Of a stretch of DNA of 42,728 nt, positions 34,481 to 42,728 are shown piece by piece. Location: positions 1-42,728 of the forward strand of contig CAMYJL010000001.1 of the NCBI GenBank assembly GCA_947258645.1, written 5' to 3'. This DNA is from an uncultured Nitrospinota bacterium (GTDB lineage: Bacteria > UBA8248). The translations under genes were made by a program, and so were the position numbers. Numbering within the stretch: the stretch's first letter is position 1; each line of letters opens with the position of its first letter. The notes beneath the pieces were generated by a model that saw only the letters and a program-made list of their open reading frames with translations, searched no databases and was not told the DNA's origin.

Positions 34481-35829
34481 GCCTTTTCTTCTCCTCTTTT
34501 ACTTCGCAACAATTTTTCCGCCCGGAATGTTACATCAAGTCGGGCCACCGCGCCCACCGGAGGATCGTTTTTGGTGACTTCCCTCAGGACTTCGCTCGCG
34601 TAGGCGCCGGGGGAAAGAACGAACCGGAGAATCAGATCGCCTTCCTCCTCCCGGAAATCAAACTTCTCCAACCGGGTGCGGTAAGGGCGGCGTCCGCCCC
34701 GAAGGCCCAGTTCCGCAAGACTCGCTGCCGCGGCTTCCGGCGATGGGCCAAGCGCCCGAAAGGCCTCCTTCTCGATCTCGCCCGGCTCGCCCCGGGCATC
34801 CAGCGTTCCCTCGCCCGGGAGCGGGCCTGAGGGACTTACCTCAAACCGGGCCCACGCATCGGCCTCTTTGCCGGGATCGCCGATGCGCCGCGCATTTCCG
34901 CCCTCGTGGCTCACGGCCACATCGCCCGGGAGAAAGCGGTCGTAATGATCTCTCTCGATTCTTTTCGCCAGACATGCGTTAAAAATCGCCGCCTGAAAGG
35001 CGGAGCCGTAAAGTACTCTTTCCCGGCGGGGGATCGCGCGCATCGCCTTTTCCGGCGGCGCGCCCTCAATGAGGCGGGACAGAACACGCCGCTCTGCCTC
35101 CCAACCAGGGGGATAACACCGGAGTGCGCGGGCAAAATCGCCTGTCCTGTATTTTTGAACCGCCTCGCGCAGCCAGCCGCTCTCTTCATCGCCCGGGCAA
35201 GAGGCCTTTTGCCCTGAGTCGCTTCCGAGCAAAAAATCGGCCGCCCGCCTCCACTCTCCGAGTACCAGAGCACACCCCACGCAGGCAGAATGGCCGCGCG
35301 ATCCAAATCTTTGATCTCCGAAAGCGTTCGGCAGACCCCGCGTCTGAAGGACTTCCAGAATCGCGCCCGCACGGGCGAAGCCGCCTGCGCCGGCGTCCCG
35401 GACTCGAACTTCGAATCGATTTCCCCGCAACGCCCCCCTCCGGAGTTTCGAGCGCCCACGAACGGCGCGAAGCACCCGGAGCCCTCCGGGAAAAGCCTTC
35501 TCCGCCTGAGCCATGCGGCGCTCCGCTTCGCTTCCGGGGAGATAAACCGATATCCACTGCCGCGTAACCGCTCGGGCGTCCTTCATGCCGGCATAGCCAA
35601 GGTCGGATTCGGGAACCTTCAGACCGCGTCCGATTGCCCGGACCGTCGCCAGCGTCGGCAGACCGGTTTTCTCCACCCAGAGGTAAAGATGCTCCCCCAC
35701 CCCTTCCGGCTCGGCGAGCGGAATTTCTTCGACGCAAAAATCCGCTGGTTTGACACGCACGCGTCCACCGGTTCCCGGGAGATCCTGGGTGACATATTTT
35801 CCCCGGCCTTTCGAATCAAGCTCGATCAT
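34477..35829 (-). CDS. truD: tRNA pseudouridine(13) synthase TruD
   Basis: MIELD... start like E. coli MIEFD. PADFCVEEIP, GEHLYLWVEK, YAGMKDARAVTRQW, NAFGDQRFG. The ORF is open to 35898. Confidence 0.85.
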   Translation of the reverse strand: MIELDSKGRGKYVTQDLPGTGGRVRVKPADFCVEEIPLAEPEGVGEHLYLWVEKTGLPTLATVRAIGRGLKVPESDLGYAGMKDARAVTRQWISVYLPGSEAERRMAQAEKAFPGGLRVLRAVRGRSKLRRGALRGNRFEVRVRDAGAGGFARAGAILEVLQTRGLPNAFGDQRFGSRGHSACVGCALVLGEWRRAADFLLGSDSGQKASCPGDEESGWLREAVQKYRTGDFARALRCYPPGWEAERRVLSRLIEGAPPEKAMRAIPRRERVLYGSAFQAAIFNACLAKRIERDHYDRFLPGDVAVSHEGGNARRIGDPGKEADAWARFEVSPSGPLPGEGTLDARGEPGEIEKEAFRALGPSPEAAAASLAELGLRGGRRPYRTRLEKFDFREEEGDLILRFVLSPGAYASEVLREVTKNDPPVGAVARLDVTFRAEKLLRSKRGEEKA

Positions 35830-35921
35830 GGACATATTATATGCAACTCCGCCCACCGGGCGGCGTAGAATATGGAAAATTGTTCCTCGGGAATTCAAAA
35901 AATAGTCGAAAGGAAGAAAAC

Positions 35922-36434
35922 ATGAGTGGATTTATGGATAAAACGACTTTTTTCATCGCAGGTATGGCCATTGTTCTTTACTACTTTTCGTTTCACCAGA
36001 CGGGCGAATTTCCATGGGCTGCTACCCAGAGGGCGGGAGGTTATGTTCTGGAAATCATTCCGAAAATCCTTCTCGGATTTCTGATCGGGGCGATACTTCC
36101 CGACATCCTTCCCAGGGAAATTGTCGAGAGTTGGCTATCCGCCCGATCGGGAGGGAGGGGAATTCTCGTCGGATGGATCATCGGGGGCGTGATGCCGATG
36201 GGCGCTCCTTTTGTTCTCTATCCGATGGCCATCGGGTTGATGAAAGGAGGCGCTGGAATCGGCCCCATCGTGACCATGCTCACCAGTTCCGCGTTGATGG
36301 GGCCTTTCCGGATCGTGATTTTTGAAATACCGATCATGGGGTGGGAATTTTTCACCGCGCGCATGCTGTCGGTTTTCTGGGTTCCGCCCGTAGCAGGATA
36401 TCTGGCCCAGACCGCAGGAACCTACATCAAGTAG
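35922..36434 (+). CDS. small permease-like membrane protein (about 5 TM)
   Basis: Hydrophobic profile; loosely DUF318/ArsP-like permease half-size; ATG 35922 after AAAGGAAG. Confidence 0.5.
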   Translation: MSGFMDKTTFFIAGMAIVLYYFSFHQTGEFPWAATQRAGGYVLEIIPKILLGFLIGAILPDILPREIVESWLSARSGGRGILVGWIIGGVMPMGAPFVLYPMAIGLMKGGAGIGPIVTMLTSSALMGPFRIVIFEIPIMGWEFFTARMLSVFWVPPVAGYLAQTAGTYIK

Positions 36435-36441
36435 GTTCGGC

Positions 36442-37335
36442 TCAGCGTTTGGGAATCTCGATGGGCAAATCGGTCCTGTCTCCCCATTCTTTCCATGAGC
36501 CCAGATAGTTTCGCGCCCGCGGATAACCAAGAAGCTTGTAAACCATATAGGCGTGGGCCGATCGATAGCCGCCCTGGCAGAGTGGAACCATTTCCTTGTC
36601 GGGCGTGAAGCCCTGCGCCTCCAACATGCGCCGCAACTCATCCGCTTCCTTGAGCGAGCCGTCCTCGTCCACAAAATCGAGCCACTCAAGATGGACAGAA
36701 CCCGGGATCGCGCCACCTCTCGCCGCACGGATGTTCTCGGCGAAATATTCCCCGTCGCTACGTGTATCATGGATGGCCACGTCCGGATCTTTGAGATGAT
36801 CGAGAATGTACTGCGCGGTAGCAATGCGCTCTTCAACGGGTTCTTTCAAATGGCTGGCGAAAGAAGAACGCACAATCCGCCTCGTGCCTTGAGGCCCGCC
36901 CATCAGCGGGCTTTGCGCCATCGGCCACGCATCACGCGTTACTGGAAATTCGGCCCTTTTCCAGGCGTTCATTCCGCCGTCCAAGACATGGACATTTTCG
37001 TGGCCGAGATATTCAAGAAACCAGAATCCCCTGGCACAACGGAAGCCGGTTATGTCTTCGTAAAAAACGACCGTCTTGTCGTAGTCGACGCCGCGGATCT
37101 CCATGAGATAAGCGAGCATCCAGGTAAAGGCCGCGAGAGCCTGGGGACGCGTGTCGTTCAGCGAGACGCCGTAGAGATCAAAATGCGCAGCGCCTTCGAT
37201 GTGGCCAGAACAAAAATCCGGCGCGGGACGCGTGTCGATGATGATGAGATCGTCACCCTTCTGGCCGCCAATACGATCTCTGAGTCGCTGCGGAGACCAA
37301 GCAAGATCGGGATCGGTGTAATTCTTATAGGCCAT
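36442..37335 (-). CDS. two-domain rhodanese (thiosulfate / 3-mercaptopyruvate sulfurtransferase)
   Basis: Two rhodanese repeats; active-site loop CQGGYRSAH. Confidence 0.8.
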   Translation of the reverse strand: MAYKNYTDPDLAWSPQRLRDRIGGQKGDDLIIIDTRPAPDFCSGHIEGAAHFDLYGVSLNDTRPQALAAFTWMLAYLMEIRGVDYDKTVVFYEDITGFRCARGFWFLEYLGHENVHVLDGGMNAWKRAEFPVTRDAWPMAQSPLMGGPQGTRRIVRSSFASHLKEPVEERIATAQYILDHLKDPDVAIHDTRSDGEYFAENIRAARGGAIPGSVHLEWLDFVDEDGSLKEADELRRMLEAQGFTPDKEMVPLCQGGYRSAHAYMVYKLLGYPRARNYLGSWKEWGDRTDLPIEIPKR

Positions 37336-37378
37336 CGATTCGCTACCCCTCTGTTACGAAACCAAAGCAGCCCGGTCG

Positions 37379-37870
37379 CTACCGGTATTCACGCGGGCTG
37401 AGTGGCTCAAGACGCTCGTCGAGCTTCCGGGACGGCGCCGAGGGCTGAATGACACGAACCTGAACCCTCTCCCTGCCTTCCGGTGTGACAAAACGATAGC
37501 TTAGCTTGGCAATTTGCGAAAAATTGTACCAGACATGCGTATTGCGCTCGCCGCCAGCGATGAGCACAAGGTGCACCATCTCTATCCGCCCATCGGGAAA
37601 TGTAACGACCTCCAGCCGATCGACTTCACGCGCGAACGTCTCGGATTTGCCCGTACTCATCGTGATGGTCACGACCAGATCGAGCGTTCGCTGGACCCGG
37701 GAAACGGGGGCGGAGGGCAGCGTTTCGCCCGCCTGAGGAGAACTGCCGGGGGCGGCCGGAGGGACAGGCGGCAGTCCTGGAACGGGTTGCGCAAAAGACC
37801 CGGATACACCGACGCACAAAACGGCCATCGCCGCGAGAATTGCCGCAATAAAGGATTTGATCGGTATCAT
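37379..37870 (-). CDS. hypothetical secreted protein
   Basis: Signal peptide MIPIKSFIAAILAAMAVLCVGVSGSFA, Pro-rich linker; no family recognised. Confidence 0.5.
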   Translation of the reverse strand: MIPIKSFIAAILAAMAVLCVGVSGSFAQPVPGLPPVPPAAPGSSPQAGETLPSAPVSRVQRTLDLVVTITMSTGKSETFAREVDRLEVVTFPDGRIEMVHLVLIAGGERNTHVWYNFSQIAKLSYRFVTPEGRERVQVRVIQPSAPSRKLDERLEPLSPREYR

Positions 37871-37935
37871 TTTGCTTTTTCCTCCATCCGCCAAGAATCA
37901 GCCTGGATATTCGAGAGGCAATTCCGCCAAATTTC

Positions 37936-39291
37936 TCAAGAAGCGTCCGCCGCACACCTGAAACCGTAAACAGGCAAGCGCCGTCCGGGAACGTCTCCGG
38001 TCCGGCTTCCCACCATCATCGCCCATTTGCTATTCACCCACGAGCCCCCACGAAGTGTTCGAAACACCGTGCCGTCCCGAACAACCGGGCGCGACTTGGC
38101 AGGATCGGAGCGAAAGGCATCCTGCACCCATTCCCAAACGTTTCCCGACAGATCCTCCACGCCGTGAGCGCTCGCTCCGCCCGGCCTTCGGCCAACAGCC
38201 TTGGGACCCCCGCGATCGGGTCGCAAGCCGAATACAACATTCCGTTCCTCAAATTTATTGCCCCAGGGGTACCGGTGGCGTCTGTTATTTCCCCGAGCGG
38301 CAAATTCCCATTCCGCTTCCGTGGGAAGACGCTTGCCCGCCCAATTGCAATAGTCCCTGGCCTCGTTCCAAGTTACGCCCACGACGGGAAGGTGCGGGCC
38401 GGAAAACCGGGGCCTTTTCCAGAAAGGGGGTTCAGCGTCGCCCGTTGCCCGGACAAAGGCCGCGTACCAGGCATTTGTCACCTCAAATTTGTCGATCAGA
38501 AAACTTCGGACCTCCGGTTGTGCTGATTTTTTATCGCCAACCGCCCCTCCGGGAATCAACACCATGTTGTGAGAGGTTGGGCGCCGGGAATACGAAAGAA
38601 CTTTACTTCTTTTGGGTTTCGCCGGAGATAATTCGGCTTTGGATTTCAATGTCTGGTCGGTTTTTTTTTCTTTCTCTTTTTTCTTCGCAGACCCAGCCCC
38701 AAAAACCTCCTTGATAATTTCAGGAACGATGAATTTTAAATTCTTCGGGGGAAGCCGGGGAGGCGGAAGGCCTCGAGACGCCCTCGCCTGCAACTCATCG
38801 TCGATATTCGTGAGTTCAGGCCATCGTTCCTTGTCGAGCGATCCCAGCAATTCGCGGGCTTTTTCAGAATGTCCGTAGCGGTAGAAAAGGTAGGCCAACC
38901 CCCGGCGCGTGCTTCCATCTTCCGGGTAAAGCGCCTGGGCCCTCTCAAACACCGGGAACGCTTCGTCCGGACGCCCGGAATCATACAAAGTCCAGCCCAG
39001 ACCGGAGAGAGCGTGCAGGCTGTTCGGCATCATGCGGAGCGCTCTCCGAAAGTGGAGGTCTGCAGTTTTATAGCTTTCCCTCCGGTAGGCGCGCTCACCT
39101 TTTTTGCTTTCGGAGGCCGATAAAACCATCCTCGAGGACTGCGGCTCGGAGGATGGCTTCGGAGACTCCAACACAGACTCCTCCGTCTCCGGGCTTTTTT
39201 CCGCACCAAGGGGGCCGGACAGGTGCTCTTGCTCCAAAGCACATCCTGAAAGACTCAAGAAAACCGTCAATATCGAAGCAGCATACCGCAT
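37936..39291 (-). CDS. lipoprotein with TPR repeats and a formylglycine-generating-enzyme (SUMF1/FGE-sulfatase) domain
   Basis: Lipobox LSLSGC. FGE motifs MVLIPGG, FLIDKFEVTN, PVVGVTWNEARDYCNWAGKRLPTEAEWEFAARG, YPWGN, LRGGSW. Confidence 0.8.
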   Translation of the reverse strand: MRYAASILTVFLSLSGCALEQEHLSGPLGAEKSPETEESVLESPKPSSEPQSSRMVLSASESKKGERAYRRESYKTADLHFRRALRMMPNSLHALSGLGWTLYDSGRPDEAFPVFERAQALYPEDGSTRRGLAYLFYRYGHSEKARELLGSLDKERWPELTNIDDELQARASRGLPPPRLPPKNLKFIVPEIIKEVFGAGSAKKKEKEKKTDQTLKSKAELSPAKPKRSKVLSYSRRPTSHNMVLIPGGAVGDKKSAQPEVRSFLIDKFEVTNAWYAAFVRATGDAEPPFWKRPRFSGPHLPVVGVTWNEARDYCNWAGKRLPTEAEWEFAARGNNRRHRYPWGNKFEERNVVFGLRPDRGGPKAVGRRPGGASAHGVEDLSGNVWEWVQDAFRSDPAKSRPVVRDGTVFRTLRGGSWVNSKWAMMVGSRTGDVPGRRLPVYGFRCAADAS

Positions 39292-39381
39292 GGGAGAAAT
39301 ATACACGCCGGAGAGCGAATCGGTAACCCCGAAGAGGCCTCCGGACGGAAAGACGTAGTGACGCCTGAAAGGTGTGGATCG

Positions 39382-39409
39382 AAAAAGCGGACGGCGCGGT
39401 CAGCCCGCT
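39382..39409 (-). terminator. intrinsic terminator after gyrA (AGCGGGC-N10-GUCCGCU-UUUU)
   Basis: 7-bp stem starting 2 nt after the gyrA TAG, followed by a U4 run. Confidence 0.55.
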
Positions 39410-39410
39410 C

Positions 39411-41834
39411 CTAGTGGTCGTTGTTCTCTTCGATCCGCCCCAGGGCCACAACGCGATCCTTGCCCTTAACGTCGATGAGGCGAACGCCCTGCGTCGCCCG
39501 GCCGATGACCGATACGTCTTTTGCCTGGGCGCGAATCATCTGGCCGCCGGTGGTGATCAGCATGTATTCATCGTCTTCGCTCACCCGCCGAACGCCAACG
39601 ACTTTTCCGTTTTTTTGTGCCACTTTGAGATTGATGACACCCTTGCCGCCCCGGTTCGTTACGCGGTAGTCGTCGATCAGGCTCCGTTTGCCATAGCCCT
39701 TTTCGGTGGCGGTGAGAATTGTGTCGCCCGGGGATACAATCTCCATTCCGACAACATGATCGCCTTTCCCGAGCGCGATGCCCCGGACGCCGTGTGCCGT
39801 CCTCCCCATTGCGCGCGCGGCGCTTTCCGGAAAGCGAATGGCTTTTCCGTCATGCGTCCCAATGAATATCTCACGCGTACCGTCGGTCTGGCCCACGCTG
39901 ATTAGCTCATCGTTTTTTCCGAGACCGATGGCAACGATACCTCCGGCGCGGGGACGACTGAAAGCCGTAAGCTCGGTCTTTTTGATGGTGCCCTCTTTTG
40001 TAACCATGAAAATATAGCGGTCGGGTTCGAACTTGCGGACCGGCATGACGGCCGTTATTCGCTCCATCGGGGCCAATTGCAGAACATTGATCACGGCTTT
40101 CCCCCGGGCCGCCCGACCCGCCTGCGGTACCTCGTGAACTTTCAGCCAGTGGCATCGGCCGGTGTTCGAAAAGAAAAGAAGATAATCATGCGTCGATGCA
40201 ATGAACAAATGCTCGACAAAATCTTCTTCCTTGGTGTTCATCCCCACAACGCCCTTTCCGCCGCGCTTCTGCGATCGGTAAAGGCTGACCGCGTTCCGTT
40301 TGATGTATCCCAGATTGGAGATGGTGACCGCCATGTCTTCTTCGACGATCATGTCTTCCAGCGCGATCTCGCCCGACTCATCAAGGATCTCCGTTCGCCT
40401 GTCGTCGCCGAACTTTTTCCGAACTTCTTCTACCTCTTCCCGGATGATTTTCGTCTGAAGCTTTTCCTCGACCAGGATACGCTGAAAGTATTTGATCGAT
40501 TTTTGAAGCTCTTTGTGCTCCGTTTCGATTTTATCGCGTTCCAGCCCGGTCAGCCGCTGGAGGCGCATCTCCAGAATCGCCTGGGCCTGAATCTGCGTCA
40601 GCTTGAACTTTGACATCAGCCCTTCACGCGCAGCTTCCGGTGTTTTGCTGGCGCGGATAAGCTTGATGACGGCATCGATTTTGTCGAGCGCAATCCGGTA
40701 ACCCTCGAGAATGTGTGCTCTCTCTTCAGCTTTCCGGAGGTCGAAACGGGTCCGCCGAAAAAGAATTTCCCTGCGGAAGCGCAGGAAGTGCATCATCATT
40801 TCCTTGATCGATAGGACCCGGGGCTGGTTGTTCACGAGGGAAAGCATGATAACGCTGAAAGTTGTCTGCATCTGGGTCTGCTTGTAGAGGCGGTTCAGTA
40901 CGGCCATGCCGACGGCGTCGCGTTTGAGCTCGATGACGATGCGCATGCCGTTGCGATCGCTTTCGTCCCGGATGTCTGAAATTTCCCTGGCCTTTCCTTC
41001 CCGGACCAAATCGGCAATCTTTTCGATCAACCGGGCTTTGTTCACCGTGTAGGGAATTTCGGTGATGATGATCTTCTGGCGATTTGTCCGCTCGTCGACT
41101 TCCAAGCCCGCCTTGGCGCGAACCTGAAGATGGCCCCTTCCCGTACGGTAATACTCGTGAATGCCTTTTCGCCCGTAAATAACCCCGGCTGTGGGAAAAT
41201 CCGGGCCCGGAATCACCTTGAGCAACTTCTCTACGGAAACATCCGGCTCGTCCAGAATTAGCATGAGAGCGCTACATAGTTCACGCAGATTGTGCGGAGG
41301 GATGTTCGTTGCCATCCCGACCGCGATCCCGGTCGAGCCGTTAAGAAGGAGGTTGGGGATTCGAGAGGGAAGAACGGACGGTTCTTTTCGCGTGTTGTCG
41401 TAATTGTCCACAAAATCGACGGTTTCCTTGTCGATGTCCGTGAGCATATTTTCGGCAACCTCGGTCATGCGTGCTTCGGTATAGCGCATCGCCGCGGGCG
41501 GATCGCCGTCGACGGACCCGAAGTTCCCCTGACCGTCCACGAGAATTCCGCGCAATGAAAAGTCCTGTGCCATTCTCGCCAGCGCGGGATAGACAACCGC
41601 CTCGCCATGGGGGTGATAGTTTCCGCTCACATCTCCGGCGATCTTGGCGCATTTCCGGAATGGCTTCGTGTGGCCAAGCCCCAGATCGTTCAGCGTAACC
41701 AGTATCCGGCGATGGACCGGCTTGAGCCCGTCGCGAACATCCGGAAGAGCGCGGGCAATGATGACGCTCATGGCATAGTCCATGAACGAAGTGCTCATTT
41801 CGTCTTCGATGTTGACGTTATGCAAACTGTCCAT
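39411..41834 (-). CDS. gyrA: DNA gyrase subunit A
   Basis: [37 protein letters not shown]-terminal beta-pinwheel repeats; 807 aa. Confidence 0.97.
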   Translation of the reverse strand: MDSLHNVNIEDEMSTSFMDYAMSVIIARALPDVRDGLKPVHRRILVTLNDLGLGHTKPFRKCAKIAGDVSGNYHPHGEAVVYPALARMAQDFSLRGILVDGQGNFGSVDGDPPAAMRYTEARMTEVAENMLTDIDKETVDFVDNYDNTRKEPSVLPSRIPNLLLNGSTGIAVGMATNIPPHNLRELCSALMLILDEPDVSVEKLLKVIPGPDFPTAGVIYGRKGIHEYYRTGRGHLQVRAKAGLEVDERTNRQKIIITEIPYTVNKARLIEKIADLVREGKAREISDIRDESDRNGMRIVIELKRDAVGMAVLNRLYKQTQMQTTFSVIMLSLVNNQPRVLSIKEMMMHFLRFRREILFRRTRFDLRKAEERAHILEGYRIALDKIDAVIKLIRASKTPEAAREGLMSKFKLTQIQAQAILEMRLQRLTGLERDKIETEHKELQKSIKYFQRILVEEKLQTKIIREEVEEVRKKFGDDRRTEILDESGEIALEDMIVEEDMAVTISNLGYIKRNAVSLYRSQKRGGKGVVGMNTKEEDFVEHLFIASTHDYLLFFSNTGRCHWLKVHEVPQAGRAARGKAVINVLQLAPMERITAVMPVRKFEPDRYIFMVTKEGTIKKTELTAFSRPRAGGIVAIGLGKNDELISVGQTDGTREIFIGTHDGKAIRFPESAARAMGRTAHGVRGIALGKGDHVVGMEIVSPGDTILTATEKGYGKRSLIDDYRVTNRGGKGVINLKVAQKNGKVVGVRRVSEDDEYMLITTGGQMIRAQAKDVSVIGRATQGVRLIDVKGKDRVVALGRIEENNDH

Positions 41835-42165
41835 TCCCGTGGTTCTCTCCTTACCAGCGTCCCATGTCGGTGATATGACGGGCGCGGGCGGGCAAAAATC
41901 GGCCTAGGGCTAAGTGACGCAGGGCGGGCATCTCACCGAAAAAGCAATGTATCACATCATACAGCGCAACACACTGGAAAACAACGATTTGCGGGGGATT
42001 TTCGGCTGTATTTCTCCCCACTTTTCAAAGGCTTGGAAAGGGTGATTTTTAGCCGCCCGGCTGGCACAATTTCCCCTCCGCCCGGGAACCAGGCGGACCG
42101 CTCTCGGCGCTTATTTCCGGGTTCCGTCAGCTCAACCAGGTGACCTCCATAACGCCCTTGTAGGC

Positions 42166-42728
42166 TCAGGCAAGCCCCCGGTCACGAATGGCGGACATGA
42201 TCATATCCGCCGTCTCATTTACGCTGCTTCGCTCATTATTAAAAACAAAATCGTAGTTCAGGGGGTCGGTGATGTCCTTTCCGGTGAAATCCCGCACAAA
42301 ACTGAGCCGGTCCTTCCCCTCCCGTGTCACGATCGCCTCCGCTTCGCCGGCGCCTATGCCCCGCTCCCTGGAGACTTTTTCTGCCCGCCAGCCGAGCGGG
42401 GCGATCAGCCGGACATGAATCCCGCGCTCGAGCCCCCCGCAAACGATAGCGCTCCCCCGACCAACCAAGATAACCCGTCCCGCGTCCGCGAGGGCCACCA
42501 GAGACCTCACCAGTGTTTCGTAGGCCTGATATTCCGTAAGCTGGCGGCCGAAAAGGACTTCGACGGTTTGTTGAATAAAGCCCCGGCGGCTGTGCGAAAG
42601 TGCATCCACAAATTCTGCAGCCGCGCCTTCTTTTTGGGCAATCGCCTCTATGATCTCCTTTTCCATCACCACCCATGGGGTCGATTCCGCTCCAACCTGG
42701 TTGAGCCGCCCGGCCAACTCCCGGGCAA
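42166..42728 (-). CDS. cytidylate kinase-like family protein (5' end beyond the right window edge)
   Basis: ILVGRGSAIV..., HVRLIAP...R, DFTGKDITDPLNYDFVFN pattern. The frame is open to the window end. Confidence 0.6.
   Translation of the reverse strand, partial: ARELAGRLNQVGAESTPWVVMEKEIIEAIAQKEGAAAEFVDALSHSRRGFIQQTVEVLFGRQLTEYQAYETLVRSLVALADAGRVILVGRGSAIVCGGLERGIHVRLIAPLGWRAEKVSRERGIGAGEAEAIVTREGKDRLSFVRDFTGKDITDPLNYDFVFNNERSSVNETADMIMSAIRDRGLA

Noticed and set aside
1-42728. CRISPR arrays, rRNA/tRNA genes, and tmRNA / RNase P / SRP RNA.
   Set aside because: No regularly spaced direct repeats were seen. None of the conserved RNA signatures I looked for were seen in any intergenic gap (T-loop GGTTCGAATCC, RNase P GGAAAGTCCGGGC, tmRNA ends, SRP GGAA/AGCA). 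By-eye scanning cannot exclude small ncRNAs.

Overview
High-GC bacterial chromosomal window with about 45 protein genes, mostly on the minus strand. I recognised no rRNA, tRNA, CRISPR array, transposase or integrase. All calls come from reading the ORF translations and DNA motifs by eye; no database search or folding program was run.

Core content:
- a DUF1015 / engB / EndoIV-like operon
- an LLM-class oxidoreductase
- a Tim44-like protein
- two family-III CoA-transferases
- an HDAC-like deacetylase
- an MFS transporter
- a parvulin PPIase
- rsmI
- a crotonase
- a complete ISC Fe-S operon (iscR-iscS-iscU-iscA-hscB-hscA-fdx-iscX) with a consensus sigma70 promoter overlapped by a palindromic Rrf2-type operator
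- a periplasmic binding protein
- mutY
- a SIMPL protein
- a TcuA-like flavoprotein
- an SDR
- truD
- a rhodanese
- an FGE-TPR lipoprotein
- gyrA
- a partial cytidylate-kinase-like gene

Two regions stand out.

(1) 234..1314 holds two tandem MerT-family (mercuric transport) genes. Their frames are interrupted by in-frame TGA codons exactly where MerT carries its essential Cys-Cys pair: TGA-TGA in one copy and TGA-TGG in the other. Each is followed by a conserved hairpin whose apical loop (GGUCU) and spacing match the E. coli fdhF SECIS. One copy is preceded by a near-canonical MerR operator/promoter (TTGACC, 19-nt spacer containing CGTAC-N4-GTACGGA). Both copies carry repeated Asn-Pro-Cys C-terminal tails. 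I read this as a selenocysteine-containing MerT pair. No merR, merP or merA is visible in the window.

(2) 27.6..33.5 kb is a visibly more AT-rich island. It encodes a zinc-ribbon / class III nucleotidyl cyclase / STAND P-loop NTPase / TPR protein, a stand-alone paralog of its TPR module, a decayed third C-terminal fragment, and a 27-nt repeat at the module borders.

A self-contained sigma54 promoter / small ORF / terminator unit lies at 4.7..5.2 kb.
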